64,000 nucleotides of DNA from an uncultured Actinomycetes bacterium (lineage in GTDB: Bacteria; Actinomycetota; Thermoleophilia; UBA2241), in contig CAVWIH010000014.1 of NCBI GenBank assembly GCA_963755025.1, positions 256,001 through 320,000 of the forward strand. Direction: 5' to 3'. The notes beneath the pieces are model-generated. The model searched no databases. It was not told the DNA's origin and saw only the letters and a list, made by a program, of their open reading frames with translations. Positions 38,872 to 50,587 of the stretch are shown piece by piece. The position numbers and the translations under genes are program-made. How positions within the stretch are numbered: the first letter of the stretch is position 1; the number at the start of each line of letters is the position of its first letter.

Positions 38872-38915
38872 ACGCACACGAGGGACGGGCCGTGAGGCCC
38901 GTCCCTCGTGTGCGT
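38872..38915. terminator. hairpin terminator downstream of the 36-aa ORF
   Basis: 20-bp perfect stem with GTGA loop. Confidence 0.75.
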
Positions 38916-38933
38916 GCAACGAGCGGCCGCGCC

Positions 38934-39044
38934 TCAGTGGCGATGCACGCGACGCTCGACCATGTAGTAACCCGCGCCGACCATGGCCGCCCTGACCATG
39001 GTCGGTGACTTCTTCCACACGCGATACCAGGTTCGCACCGTCAT
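38934..39044 (-). CDS. 36-aa small protein MTVRTWYRVWKKSPTMVRAAMVGAGYYMVERRVHRH
   Basis: GGGAGG RBS, ATG start, TGA stop followed by a strong hairpin; below the ORF-track cutoff. Confidence 0.65.
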   Translation of the reverse strand: MTVRTWYRVWKKSPTMVRAAMVGAGYYMVERRVHRH

Positions 39045-39188
39045 CTCAGATCCTCCCACCACGCTGGTTTTGCAGGACGTTTGTCGCCCGAAGCCCGACA
39101 CCTCTCGTTAAGGAACTACCCAGATCGCCCGCGGACGCGTCGTCCGGCGCCCGGTGACGCCGCGCCGACGCGGCGCGCGCGCAAGGGC

Positions 39189-40134
39189 ATGATCGTCGCC
39201 CTGCTCAGCGGGGCGCTCTGGGGCGCCTCCGCCGTCGTGCTGGGTGAGGCCCTGACGCGCCGCCCGCTCCTCGCCGCCGGCGCCCTGTTCGCCGCGCCCC
39301 TCGCGGCGGCGGCGCTGCACGACACGTTCGCCTTTCTCTGGGTGAGCACCGTGAACGCGGCCGCCGGACGCCTGCGCGAAGCGACGGCGGCGCTGCGCAC
39401 GCGCGACGGGCTCGTCGTCTGCCTGGCGGCCCTGATCGGCGGGCCGCTCGCCATGTCGACCTACCTGCTGGCCATCGCCTTTCGCCGGCGCGCCGTCGGC
39501 CGTGGCCATCTCGGCCATCTACCCCGCGCTGGGCGCGTTGCTCGGCTACCTCGTGCTCGGCGACCGCCTGGGCAGCCGCGGCTGGGTGGGCCTCGTGCTG
39601 GCGGTGGCGGGCGCTACCCTCGCCAGCTACGCGCCGCCGGCGGGCGTCTCGTCGCACTACCTGCTCGGTGTGCTGTTCGCGCTCGCCTCGGCGGCGGGCT
39701 GGGCCGTCGAGGGCGTGCTCGTCGCGCGCAGCCTGCTGCGCATGCCGGCTCTGGCCGCCCTCAACATCCGCGAGGGCGTCTCGGCACTCGTCTTTCTGGC
39801 GCTCGTCCTGCCGCTGTCGGGCGCCGCCATCGTGGCGGCCCGCACGGTCGCCTCGCCGACGATAGCCATCCTCGTGGTCGCCAGCCTCTGCGGCGCGGGA
39901 GCCTACCTGTTGTACTACCGCTCCCTCGACCTGCTGGGGCCCGCGCGCGCCATGCCGGCCAACAGCACCTACGTGCTGTGGACCATCGCCCTCAGCCTGG
40001 TGGTCACCGGCGACCCGCCCGGCTGGAGGCTCGTGGCCGGCGGCATCGTGGTCGTGGCCGGCATCACCCTGGTGGCGGCCGACGGCCGCGAGCCCGCGGC
40101 TGCGGCGCTCTCCGCCGGCGGCGCGGCCCGCTAG
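39189..40134 (+). CDS. EamA/DMT transporter, LicB-like (frameshift near 39480)
   Basis: LLSGALWG..ALHD..LIGGPLAM..AISAIYPA..GWAVEG; two frames join if one T is removed; start may lie further upstream. Confidence 0.78.
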
Positions 40135-40528
40135 CGAGCGCCGCGGCCCCCAGGTAGCAGGCCACCGCCGCGGCCGCCCAGGCGACCAGCGCGACCAGGA
40201 GCGTGACGGCCGTGGTGAGCTCCACGATGAGGGTCGCGCAAAGCACCGCGAACACGATCAGGCCCAGCGCCCCGTAGGCGGCGCCGCGCTCGTCTTCGAG
40301 CGCCTGTCGCCGCCCCTCCTTGCGCTCGATCATCGTGAGGGCCGCCGGCAGGATCGCCGGAAAGGCGAGGAACATGCCCCCGGCTCTGGCACCCGCGGCC
40401 AGACCGACGAGACCGGCGACCAGCGAGATGGCGGCCCCAAACGCGAACCGCACGACGAGCTCACCCGCGCGCAGCTTCTTGAGCTTCGCGGGGTCGTCGC
40501 CGAAGGAGCGCCGCAGCAGGCCGCTCAT
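40064..40528 (-). CDS. DUF3147-like membrane protein
   Basis: VRFAFGAAISLVAG..GGMFLAFPAILPA; 3' end uncertain. Confidence 0.7.
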   Translation of the reverse strand: MSGLLRRSFGDDPAKLKKLRAGELVVRFAFGAAISLVAGLVGLAAGARAGGMFLAFPAILPAALTMIERKEGRRQALEDERGAAYGALGLIVFAVLCATLIVELTTAVTLLVALVAWAAAAVACYLGAAALASGPRRRRRAPQPRARGRRPPPG

Positions 40529-40869
40529 CGCAACACCGCCACATACCCGGCAAGCGCCACCGCCAGCCAGACGCCGCAGAGCCAGAGCGAACCCTTGAAC
40601 GAGCCCAGCCGCGCTACGAGCCGGCGCCCGACCAGGGCGGCGACAAGAAAGGCGCACGCCCCGACGATCATGCCCTGCGCTTCGTGCAGGCCGTAGTGGT
40701 GGCCCTTGGTGGCCACGACGATGGCGAGGTTGGCGAGGGCGACCGAGGGGGCGGCCGACATGATGCCGGCGAAACGCTTGGGCACGAGCACCTCGCCGAG
40801 CACCGCGAAGGCCGTCACGAACAGGCCCCCGATCAGCGCGCGGACCGCCAGCGAGACGACTTCGCTCAT
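40525..40869 (-). CDS. DUF3147-like membrane protein
   Basis: RALIGGLFV..PKRFAGIMSAAPSVALA; ATGA overlap with the next gene. Confidence 0.72.
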   Translation of the reverse strand: MSEVVSLAVRALIGGLFVTAFAVLGEVLVPKRFAGIMSAAPSVALANLAIVVATKGHHYGLHEAQGMIVGACAFLVAALVGRRLVARLGSFKGSLWLCGVWLAVALAGYVAVLR

Positions 40870-40990
40870 CGTGATCGCCCCCTCGCGCTCTCAGCCGGCG
40901 CGTCCGGCGTGACCGCGCCCTGCTCGAGCGCGCCTGCTGGAGGAGCTGGCGCGCCCTGCCGGGCGCGCCCCCACGCTCCGGCGGCGCGCC

Positions 40991-41488
40991 TTACGCCGCC
41001 GCCTCGTCTGCCGCGTCGATGCCCTGATAGGCCTGTCGCAAGGCGGCGATGTCGAGCTTCTTCATGCCCATCATCGCCGCGAAGGCGTGCTGGGCGGCCG
41101 CTGCGTCGTCTGAGGTCAGCATCTGGTCCATGAAGGCGGGCACGATCTGCCACGACACGCCGTACCTGTCGGTCAACCAGCCGCATGCCACCTCCTGGCC
41201 TCCCTGCAGGAGCTTCTCCCAGAGGTCGTCGATCTCTTCCTGGGTGTCGCACCTCACGACGAGCGAGATGGCGGGCGTGAAGGCGAACTGCGAATCGCCG
41301 TTCAGCGCCAGGAACTCTTCGCCGTTGATCGTGAACTGCACGGTCATGACCGACCCCGCGACGCCCGGCCCGCCTTCGGGGTACCGCGCCGTGCTGACGA
41401 TGCGCGCGTTGTCGAAGACCGAGACGTAGAAGTGCGCCGCCTCCTCGGCCTGGTCGTTGAACCACAGACAGGAGCTCATCTTCTGCAT
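40991..41488 (-). CDS. VOC family protein (3-demethylubiquinone-9 3-methyltransferase/PhnB-like)
   Basis: CLWFNDQAEEAAHFY..CGWLTDRYGVSWQIVP. Confidence 0.93.
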   Translation of the reverse strand: MQKMSSCLWFNDQAEEAAHFYVSVFDNARIVSTARYPEGGPGVAGSVMTVQFTINGEEFLALNGDSQFAFTPAISLVVRCDTQEEIDDLWEKLLQGGQEVACGWLTDRYGVSWQIVPAFMDQMLTSDDAAAAQHAFAAMMGMKKLDIAALRQAYQGIDAADEAAA

Positions 41489-41733
41489 GGGGGCCGTCCT
41501 TCGTGTCGCATGCCGTCGATCGTTGTGGCCGATCGCTTCTGTGGGTCGTTCGTCGGTGTCGACGACCACCTGCGTGGTCGTTGCAAGGCGACCTTCTCGC
41601 TAGAAACGTGCCCGTAACGGGCGCCGAAGAACCGGCGGCGGCCCTGCCCGGGTTCCCCAGTGGTGAGACGAGGCGGCCGTGGGGGAAACCCCTCTAGGTG
41701 ACGCTACTTCCGCTTCCCAAAGGAGGCTTTGAG

Positions 41734-41928
41734 ATGGTCGACAAGAGCACTCTCGATCAATGCCTGCAGGGCATCAGCTTTCCGGCCCGCCGGGACGAGA
41801 TCGCCCAGTGCGCCGCGGGCAATACCTGTCCGAGCGACGTCCTCTCGCAGCTAGAGGACCTTCAGGTGAGCACCTACCGCTCGGAGGGCGACGTGCTCTG
41901 CCACCTCGGCGATATCAGCTACTGCTGA
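41734..41928 (+). CDS. DUF2795-like small protein
   Basis: LQGISFPARRDEI..YRS pattern; AAAGGAGG RBS. Confidence 0.75.
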   Translation: MVDKSTLDQCLQGISFPARRDEIAQCAAGNTCPSDVLSQLEDLQVSTYRSEGDVLCHLGDISYC

Positions 41929-41938
41929 TCCGCCGGCG

Positions 41939-41987
41939 GGGCGCGGAAACCCCGGCGGCCGTGCCGGCCGCCGGGGTTTCCGCGCCC
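41939..41987. terminator. GC-rich hairpin terminator
   Basis: About 23-bp perfect stem after the DUF2795 stop. Confidence 0.75.
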
Positions 41988-42117
41988 ACGGCAGCTACGA
42001 AGGCGAGCGGCTCCGGCGACGCAGGCGACTCCGGGCGGTTTGCGATACTTGTTTCCGATATGTATACTTTCGCTATATCTATTTCGGCTATGAGCTTCAC
42101 CGCGAAGGAGACCACCT

Positions 42118-44366
<2,249 letters not shown>

Positions 44367-44536
44367 ACGCGCCAAGGGCGGGCAGGGCCGACGGCGCGAG
44401 CGCCCGACGGCGGGAGGAGTCGGCAGCGCGGGCGAAGCTTTGCGCTGATTGTCCGCGATCTGGCGCCGGCGCCTTCATCGTCACCGCAAGCGCCCCGCGA
44501 AAAACCCCGCCGGCGTCCGGGGCCACGGCGCCCGGT

Positions 44537-44553
44537 TCACAGCTGTATCACAG
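44537..44553 (+). promoter_or_regulatory. TCACAG-N5-TCACAG direct repeat (OmpR-family-like box)
   Basis: 11-bp period direct repeat about 90 nt upstream of the 44644 ORF. Confidence 0.4.
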
Positions 44554-44643
44554 CCGTTTCTTGGTCGAAACTCACCGCCGCGGCCGACACTCACCAAGGT
44601 AGGCCGTCTTCGTGCGGCCGCAGGCGGCAACGAGAGGATCTCC

Positions 44644-45153
44644 ATGAGACGCATGAGCATCGTCATCTGGATCGTGGTGGGCGTGCTCGCAGCGGCCGTG
44701 CTGGCGGCCGTCGCCATCGTCTTCTACCACGTCGGCTTCGACCACGGGGCGACCACCGGAGCGGTCACTCGCGTGCGCCTGCCCCTGCGCAGCGGCATCG
44801 CCATCGGCTTTCCGCGGCGCTTCGGCGGCGGCGGCCTGGGCGGCGTCGGCGTCTTCCTCGCGCTACTGGCGGCCGGCGGCATCGGCGCGCTGATCGTCTA
44901 TCTCGTGACCTCCGGCCGCCAGGGAACGGCCGTTGCGAGCGTGCCGGCCCCGGCGGCGCAGGGTGGCCCCGACGACCCGCGCCGGCGGCAGTTCGAGCAG
45001 TGGCAGCAGTTCGAGGAATGGCACCGCCAGACGCACGGTGCGGCGGCGCCCGACGTGCCGGCGCCCAGAGAGGCGGCGCCCGACGAGGCGCCCGACATCG
45101 CGGCGCCCGACGCGCCTGCCGACGCGCCGGAGCCTCCGACGCACGGAGCCTGA
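44644..45153 (+). CDS. hypothetical membrane protein
   Basis: GAGAGGA RBS; two TM segments, FEEWHRQTH motif, Pro/Ala/Asp-rich tail. Confidence 0.65.
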   Translation: MRRMSIVIWIVVGVLAAAVLAAVAIVFYHVGFDHGATTGAVTRVRLPLRSGIAIGFPRRFGGGGLGGVGVFLALLAAGGIGALIVYLVTSGRQGTAVASVPAPAAQGGPDDPRRRQFEQWQQFEEWHRQTHGAAAPDVPAPREAAPDEAPDIAAPDAPADAPEPPTHGA

Positions 45154-45268
45154 GCTCGAAGACCAGCTCGCCGTCGACGACCCGCCCTGGGGGCGCGAAG
45201 CCGAGCTCCTCATTGACCCGCGGCGAACGAAGGTGGCCGGAGCGGCACCCCTGAGAGCAGCCGGCGAG

Positions 45269-47218
45269 CTACAGGGCGACCGGCTCCCCGATCGTCACGA
45301 CGCCGCTCTCGAGCACAGCCTTGCAGGCTGCGACGACCGCGGCGTCGTAGCGCACCCCGCTGCCCGCCTCGACCTCGGCCAGGGCCGCCTCGATACCGAG
45401 CGCGGCACGGTACGGCCGGTCTGAAGCCATGGCCTCGACCACATCGGCCACGGCGATGATGCGGGCTTCGAGCAAGATCTCGTCGCCGCTCAGGGACTGT
45501 GGATAGCCGGAACGGTCGAGACGCTCGTGGTGCTGGTGCGCGACCTCGGCCACCGGCCACGGAAAGTCGATGGCGCGCAGGATCTCAAAGCCGGTATGCG
45601 CGTGTTCCTTGATCAGCATGAACTCGGTGTCGGAGAGCCGTCCCGGTCTGTTCAGGATCTCGGCCGGCACGACGATCTTGCCCACGTCGTGCACCAGGCC
45701 GGCCACGCGCACGCCGGAAACGGCGTCGTCGTCGAGCCCAAGCTGCACGGCGATAGCCGCGCCGAGCTCGCTCACCCGCTGCTGATGACCCGCGGTGTAG
45801 GGGTCGCGGAACTCGACGATGCCGGCGATCGTCGCGATGATCTCCTCGCTCAACGACTTCACCTGCGCGAGGCTGGCGATGAGCCGCTGCTCGGCCGCCT
45901 TGAGCTCGCTGATGTCGCTCACCACGTGGATGCCGCCGGCGAAGCCGCCGGCGGTGTCGACGACCGGCTCGAAGGTGACCCGCAGCCAGCGGTCGCCCTG
46001 CCGCAGGACAGAAGATTCGCTGTGACCCGAGGCCAGGGAGCGCTGATGCGGGCAGTCGCGGCTGAAGCCGGCCGTGCCGTGGAAGGCCTCGAAACAGTGG
46101 GCGCCGATCACGCGATCGAAGCTCAGGGCGGCGAGCTCCGTGGTCGCCTTGTTGCAGCGCAGCACCACTCCCTGGGCGTCGAGCACGGCCACCGAGTCGT
46201 GCATCGCGTCGAAGGTCTGGCGCCACTCGCGGGCTGCGGCGGTGAGTCGCTCCTCGGCCTTGCGCTGGTCGGTGACGTCCTGGATGAAGCCCTCGAGCAT
46301 GCGGGCGCCCGCGACGGCTTTGCCGCGGTCGACCGCAGCGCCGCGCTCCCACACCCACCGGGTCTCGCCGGCGGCCGTGACGATGCGATACGTGCAGGTC
46401 CACGTCGCCCCCGCGGCGATGGCGGCCTCGATATCGGCGCGCAGCGCGGCGCGATCGTCGGCCCACACGAGGTCGGCGTAGGAGACCTTCGCGTTGCCGA
46501 GCAGCGCCTGCGGCGCGTAGCCGGTCAGGGCCTCGCAGCCCGCGCTCACAAAACGCATCGTCCACTGATCGTCGGCGACGCAGTTGTAGGCCATGCCCGG
46601 CAGGTTGCTCATGAGGGCGCCGAGCTCGGACTCGGCGCGACGCCAGTGCATCGTGACCCAGGCCACGCTCTCGCCGATGGCGACGCAGACGACGCCCACG
46701 AACACCAGGCTGGTCAGCGCCACGGCCGACGTCTGCTGGCTCGCCAGGAGCGGCGCGCCGTAGGCGACCACGAACAGCGGCAGCGCCCGCACCGACGTGC
46801 CCGGCTTCTGGCAGACGCCGATCCACACGAAGAGCAGCAGGAAGAACGGGCTCCAGTCCCAAGGGTCGCGTCCGCCGCTGACGTTTCCGCACGCGATGCA
46901 GGCAAGGGCGACAGGGATCAGCCACAGCGTGGCGCGGCTCGTCCAGCGCGCCCAGGGCAGGCGCCAGACGACCGCGGCGACGAGCATGCTGGCGACCCCC
47001 GTCGCGGCCAGCGCGGCGTCGCTCTCGCGCGGCACCAAGGGCTGCGCCACGAGCGCCAGGCACAGCAGGCCGCCGACGAACAGGAGGACCGCAGCCGAGC
47101 GCGCGGCAAAAGCGGAGGGGATCCCCGATCGGAGCGTGTTTCCATCCCAGACGGACTGGATCTTGCCCTGTGACCAGCGCACAAGGCCGGGGGTGAGCAC
47201 CTGTCCTTCTCTCCGCAT
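45269..47218 (-). CDS. membrane-anchored PAS/PAC + HD-GYP phosphodiesterase
   Basis: N-terminal TMs, two PAS domains, RDPYTAGHQQRV, HDVGK, HHERLDRSGYP; start uncertain. Confidence 0.9.
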   Translation of the reverse strand: MRREGQVLTPGLVRWSQGKIQSVWDGNTLRSGIPSAFAARSAAVLLFVGGLLCLALVAQPLVPRESDAALAATGVASMLVAAVVWRLPWARWTSRATLWLIPVALACIACGNVSGGRDPWDWSPFFLLLFVWIGVCQKPGTSVRALPLFVVAYGAPLLASQQTSAVALTSLVFVGVVCVAIGESVAWVTMHWRRAESELGALMSNLPGMAYNCVADDQWTMRFVSAGCEALTGYAPQALLGNAKVSYADLVWADDRAALRADIEAAIAAGATWTCTYRIVTAAGETRWVWERGAAVDRGKAVAGARMLEGFIQDVTDQRKAEERLTAAAREWRQTFDAMHDSVAVLDAQGVVLRCNKATTELAALSFDRVIGAHCFEAFHGTAGFSRDCPHQRSLASGHSESSVLRQGDRWLRVTFEPVVDTAGGFAGGIHVVSDISELKAAEQRLIASLAQVKSLSEEIIATIAGIVEFRDPYTAGHQQRVSELGAAIAVQLGLDDDAVSGVRVAGLVHDVGKIVVPAEILNRPGRLSDTEFMLIKEHAHTGFEILRAIDFPWPVAEVAHQHHERLDRSGYPQSLSGDEILLEARIIAVADVVEAMASDRPYRAALGIEAALAEVEAGSGVRYDAAVVAACKAVLESGVVTIGEPVAL

Positions 47219-47478
47219 CGGGCGTGATTGGCCTGGAGCCGGCCCGCGCGGCGCCCGTGCCTCGCCGCGCGCGCTGTGGCCTTCGTGACTGCCGTTCAGT
47301 ATCGGCTCGTCTCGGCCGTGCCTGAAGGGGCGGCGCCGCGGGACCTTTTGCTCGACGACGACCCGCAGTGCTGGGTCGGTCTGCCCGCAGCCGCCGGGGA
47401 GCTCTTCGCCGACGCGCCTCGGGCTCGCTCGCCGCTGGTTCGGCTCAGCTCGTCGCGCGCTTCAGCTCTGCGCGCGCT

Positions 47479-48378
47479 TCAGCTCTGCGCGTCGCGCGCC
47501 AGAAAGCCTTCCCAGCGCTTGTCGACCCACGCCTGCGCGCCGGCGACGTCGTCGGCGCTCATGCCGCTGAAGCGGCCCTGCTCGGCGATGAGCTCGGCCA
47601 CCGGCTTGCGGCGGCCGCTGCGGGCCAGCGCCCGCGAGCCGCTCGTCAGGCGGAACTGCCCGTCTTCGACCTCGTACAGCACGGTCAGGCCGGTCTGCAC
47701 GGCGAGCTTGCCGAGGCGCACCGTGTCTTTGGGGTCGAAGCCCCAGCCCGGCGAGCACAACGTGCTCATGTGGATATAGCGCAGGCCTTTGATGCCGCGC
47801 GCCTTGGCCACCTTGTCGTACACGTCGTCGGGGTACACGGCCGAGGTCGAGGCGACGTAAGGAATGCCGTGGGCTTCCATGATGCGCGGCAGGTCTTTGG
47901 GGTTCTCGCGCTTGCCGGCCGTGGTCGTGGTCGTGCGGGCCCCGCGCGGCGTCTGGCTCGAGCGCTGCGTGCCGGTGTTCATGTAGGCCTCGTTGTCGTA
48001 GCACAGGTAGATGAAGTCTTCGTTGCGCTCGGCGGCGCCGGAGAGCGCCTGGATGCCGATGTCGCCGGTGCCGCCGTCGCCGGCAATGGCCAGCACGGTG
48101 AACTCGTCGGCGCGCCCCGTGGCGCGCAGGCCGGCGGCCACGCCGGTGGCGGCCGCCGCGGTCGACGCGAAGGCGACGTTGATCCAGGGCACGGTCACCG
48201 AGCTCACCGGGTACATGCCGCCGAGCACGGTCAGGCAGCTCGCCGGCACTGTCATGATCATGCGGCCGTCGAGCGCCTTGGTGATGGCGCGCAGGCCGAT
48301 CGCCAGGCTGCAGCCGGCGCAGGCCCGGTTGCCGGACAGCACGAACTCGGCTTCGGGCAGGTCGACGATCTTCGTCAT
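47479..48378 (-). CDS. porB: 2-oxoacid:ferredoxin oxidoreductase beta subunit
   Basis: ACAGC, GDGGTGDIG TPP motif, YDNEAYMNTG. Confidence 0.93.
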   Translation of the reverse strand: MTKIVDLPEAEFVLSGNRACAGCSLAIGLRAITKALDGRMIMTVPASCLTVLGGMYPVSSVTVPWINVAFASTAAAATGVAAGLRATGRADEFTVLAIAGDGGTGDIGIQALSGAAERNEDFIYLCYDNEAYMNTGTQRSSQTPRGARTTTTTAGKRENPKDLPRIMEAHGIPYVASTSAVYPDDVYDKVAKARGIKGLRYIHMSTLCSPGWGFDPKDTVRLGKLAVQTGLTVLYEVEDGQFRLTSGSRALARSGRRKPVAELIAEQGRFSGMSADDVAGAQAWVDKRWEGFLARDAQS

Positions 48379-48391
48379 CAGGATGCTCCCG

Positions 48392-49618
48392 TCACAGCTT
48401 CAGGGTAAGCCAGTCGTCGGCGCGGTCGCGCACTCCGGCGGAGTGGTCGGCCAGGGCGCGGCGGGTGGCGTCGGCCAGGTCGTCGGGCGTGGTGTCGCGA
48501 CCCCCGAGGCCGGTGATGGCGCCGAACACCGCCGGCGCGTCGGCGCGGCCGCACAGGGCGGCCCGCAGGTCGTTGCAGATGGGGCCGCCGAAGCCGTACG
48601 ACAGCGCCTTGTCGAAGACGAGCGCGACCTTGCGGCCGGCCAGCGCGGCGCGCAGCGCCGCGGCCGGGAAGGGGCGGTAGGCGCGGATGCCCAGCACGCC
48701 GGCCTTGATGCCCTCGGCCCGCAATGCGTCGACCGCCACCGTGAGCTGGGTGGCCAGCGAGCCGGCCGCGACGAGGGCGATGTCGGCGTCGCCCAGGCGG
48801 TCTTCCCAGAAGAGGCCGCCCCACGAGCGACCCGTGACCTCGCCGTACTGCGCATCGACGGCGGGCACGACCTCGAGCGCCTGCAGCAGGGCGCGTTGAT
48901 GCAGGGCGCGCAGCTCCATGTAGCCGTGCGAGAGCGCGCCCTCGGCGTTCACGCGGGGGTCGGCGAGCGTCACCTGGCCGATGTTGCGCGGGTCGGCCAG
49001 GTCGACGACCTGCAGGGGCGAGGGGCGCGGCGGCAGGAAGGCGTCGACGGCGGCCTGCTCGGGCACGTCGACCGGCATGACGGTGTGCGACAGCAGGAAG
49101 CCGTCGTAGCAGACCATGACCGGCACGTTGACGGTCTCGGCTATGCGGAAGGCCTGGATGAAGGTGTCGAGCACCTCCTGGTTGTCGCGGCAGTAGAGCT
49201 GGATCCAGCCGGCGTCGCGCTCGGACATGGAGTCCTGCTGGTCGTTCAGCACGTTCCAGGGGGCGGCGAGCGAGCGATTGACCACGCCCATGACGATAGG
49301 CAGCCGGGCGCCGGCCGCCCACCAGACCTGCTCGTTCATGTAGGCGAGGCCGTTAGAGCTCGTGGCGGTGAACACCCGCGCGCCCACGGTCGACGAGGCG
49401 ATGCACACGGTGAGCGCCGAGTGCTCGGATTCGACGGCCACGAACTCGCTGTCGAGCTCGCCGCTCTCGACCCACTTCGAGAGATGCTCGACGACGGGCG
49501 ACTGCGGCGTGATGGGATAGGCGGCGACGACCTGCACGCGGGCCAGCCGGGCTGCCGTGGCGGCGGCCTCGTTGCCGGTGAGCAGCGACACGCGGGCAGA
49601 GGTGTTGCTCTCTTGCAT
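48392..49618 (-). CDS. porA: 2-oxoacid:ferredoxin oxidoreductase alpha subunit
   Basis: TGNEAAA, AYPITPQ, ESEHSA, TATSSNGL. Confidence 0.93.
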   Translation of the reverse strand: MQESNTSARVSLLTGNEAAATAARLARVQVVAAYPITPQSPVVEHLSKWVESGELDSEFVAVESEHSALTVCIASSTVGARVFTATSSNGLAYMNEQVWWAAGARLPIVMGVVNRSLAAPWNVLNDQQDSMSERDAGWIQLYCRDNQEVLDTFIQAFRIAETVNVPVMVCYDGFLLSHTVMPVDVPEQAAVDAFLPPRPSPLQVVDLADPRNIGQVTLADPRVNAEGALSHGYMELRALHQRALLQALEVVPAVDAQYGEVTGRSWGGLFWEDRLGDADIALVAAGSLATQLTVAVDALRAEGIKAGVLGIRAYRPFPAAALRAALAGRKVALVFDKALSYGFGGPICNDLRAALCGRADAPAVFGAITGLGGRDTTPDDLADATRRALADHSAGVRDRADDWLTLKL

Positions 49619-49650
49619 GGCTCTCGATTCCTGTCTTGTCGGCGGACGGC

Positions 49651-49959
49651 CTAGCGGCCGCAGGCGCCGGGCTCGTGTTCGGGCTGCATCTCGATGGCCT
49701 GCGCGGGGCACACCGCGGCGCAGATGCCGCACCCCTTGCAGTAGGTCAGGTCGATGACCGGACCTATGCTGCGCGACACGCAGGCGTCGGGGCAGTAGAC
49801 CCAGCACAGCTGGCAGCTGATCTTGTCGGCCTTGACCGCGAGGCAGGCCTCGGGCGCCACGAGCACCGGGCGCTCAGAGCGCCAGGCGCCGGTCGCGCCG
49901 GCCTCGCCGACCCTCGGCGTCGCCATGCTGATCTCGTGGCCGCACTCTGTGGTGCCCAT
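49651..49959 (-). CDS. porD: 2-oxoacid:ferredoxin oxidoreductase delta subunit
   Basis: TGAWRSERP, CQLCWVYCPD, YCKGCGICAAVCP. Confidence 0.9.
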   Translation of the reverse strand: MGTTECGHEISMATPRVGEAGATGAWRSERPVLVAPEACLAVKADKISCQLCWVYCPDACVSRSIGPVIDLTYCKGCGICAAVCPAQAIEMQPEHEPGACGR

Positions 49960-49969
49960 CGTCGTGCTC

Positions 49970-50587
49970 CTACTCGCTCGTGCACTCGGCGGCGAAGGCG
50001 GCCGCCTCGAAGTTCTTCTTGGCGGCGCCCGGCGCGAACGCCTGGGCGATGGCCGCCTCGAGGGCATCCATGCCGATCAGCGCCGTCGCCGCGGCGACCG
50101 CACCGAGCATGGCGGTGTTGACCATGGGCGCACCGCCCACCATGAGGCCGGCGGCCAGCGCCGCGCCGGTCACGTCGGCGGTCACGAGGCGCGTGCCGGC
50201 GGGCAGCCCGGCCCTGTCGAAGGCCAGCTCGGCCGGCGGCTGCGCCGAGTTGACGAGCACGACCGCGCCCGGCTTGAGGCCGGCGACGATGTCGTCGCCG
50301 CCCAGCAGCGACTCGTCGAGCACGACCACGAGGTTCGGGGTGGTGACCTGCGAGAGCACGCGGATGGGAGAGTGGGAGAGCCGTGTCGAGGCGGTGATCG
50401 GCGCGCCGCGGCGCTCGGCGCCGAACGTCGGCGCGCTGGTGACGCCCACGAAGCCGCTGCGAAAGCCGGCGTCGGCCAGGATCTTGGCGCTGGTCACCGC
50501 GCCCTGCCCGCCGCGCCCGTGCCAGCGCACCTCGTACATCTCCTGGGCGTCCAGCGTGGGGGCGCTCACCGCCGTCGGGCTCGTCAT
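49970..50587 (-). CDS. porC: 2-oxoacid:ferredoxin oxidoreductase gamma subunit
   Basis: [30 protein letters not shown]. Confidence 0.92.
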   Translation of the reverse strand: MTSPTAVSAPTLDAQEMYEVRWHGRGGQGAVTSAKILADAGFRSGFVGVTSAPTFGAERRGAPITASTRLSHSPIRVLSQVTTPNLVVVLDESLLGGDDIVAGLKPGAVVLVNSAQPPAELAFDRAGLPAGTRLVTADVTGAALAAGLMVGGAPMVNTAMLGAVAAATALIGMDALEAAIAQAFAPGAAKKNFEAAAFAAECTSE

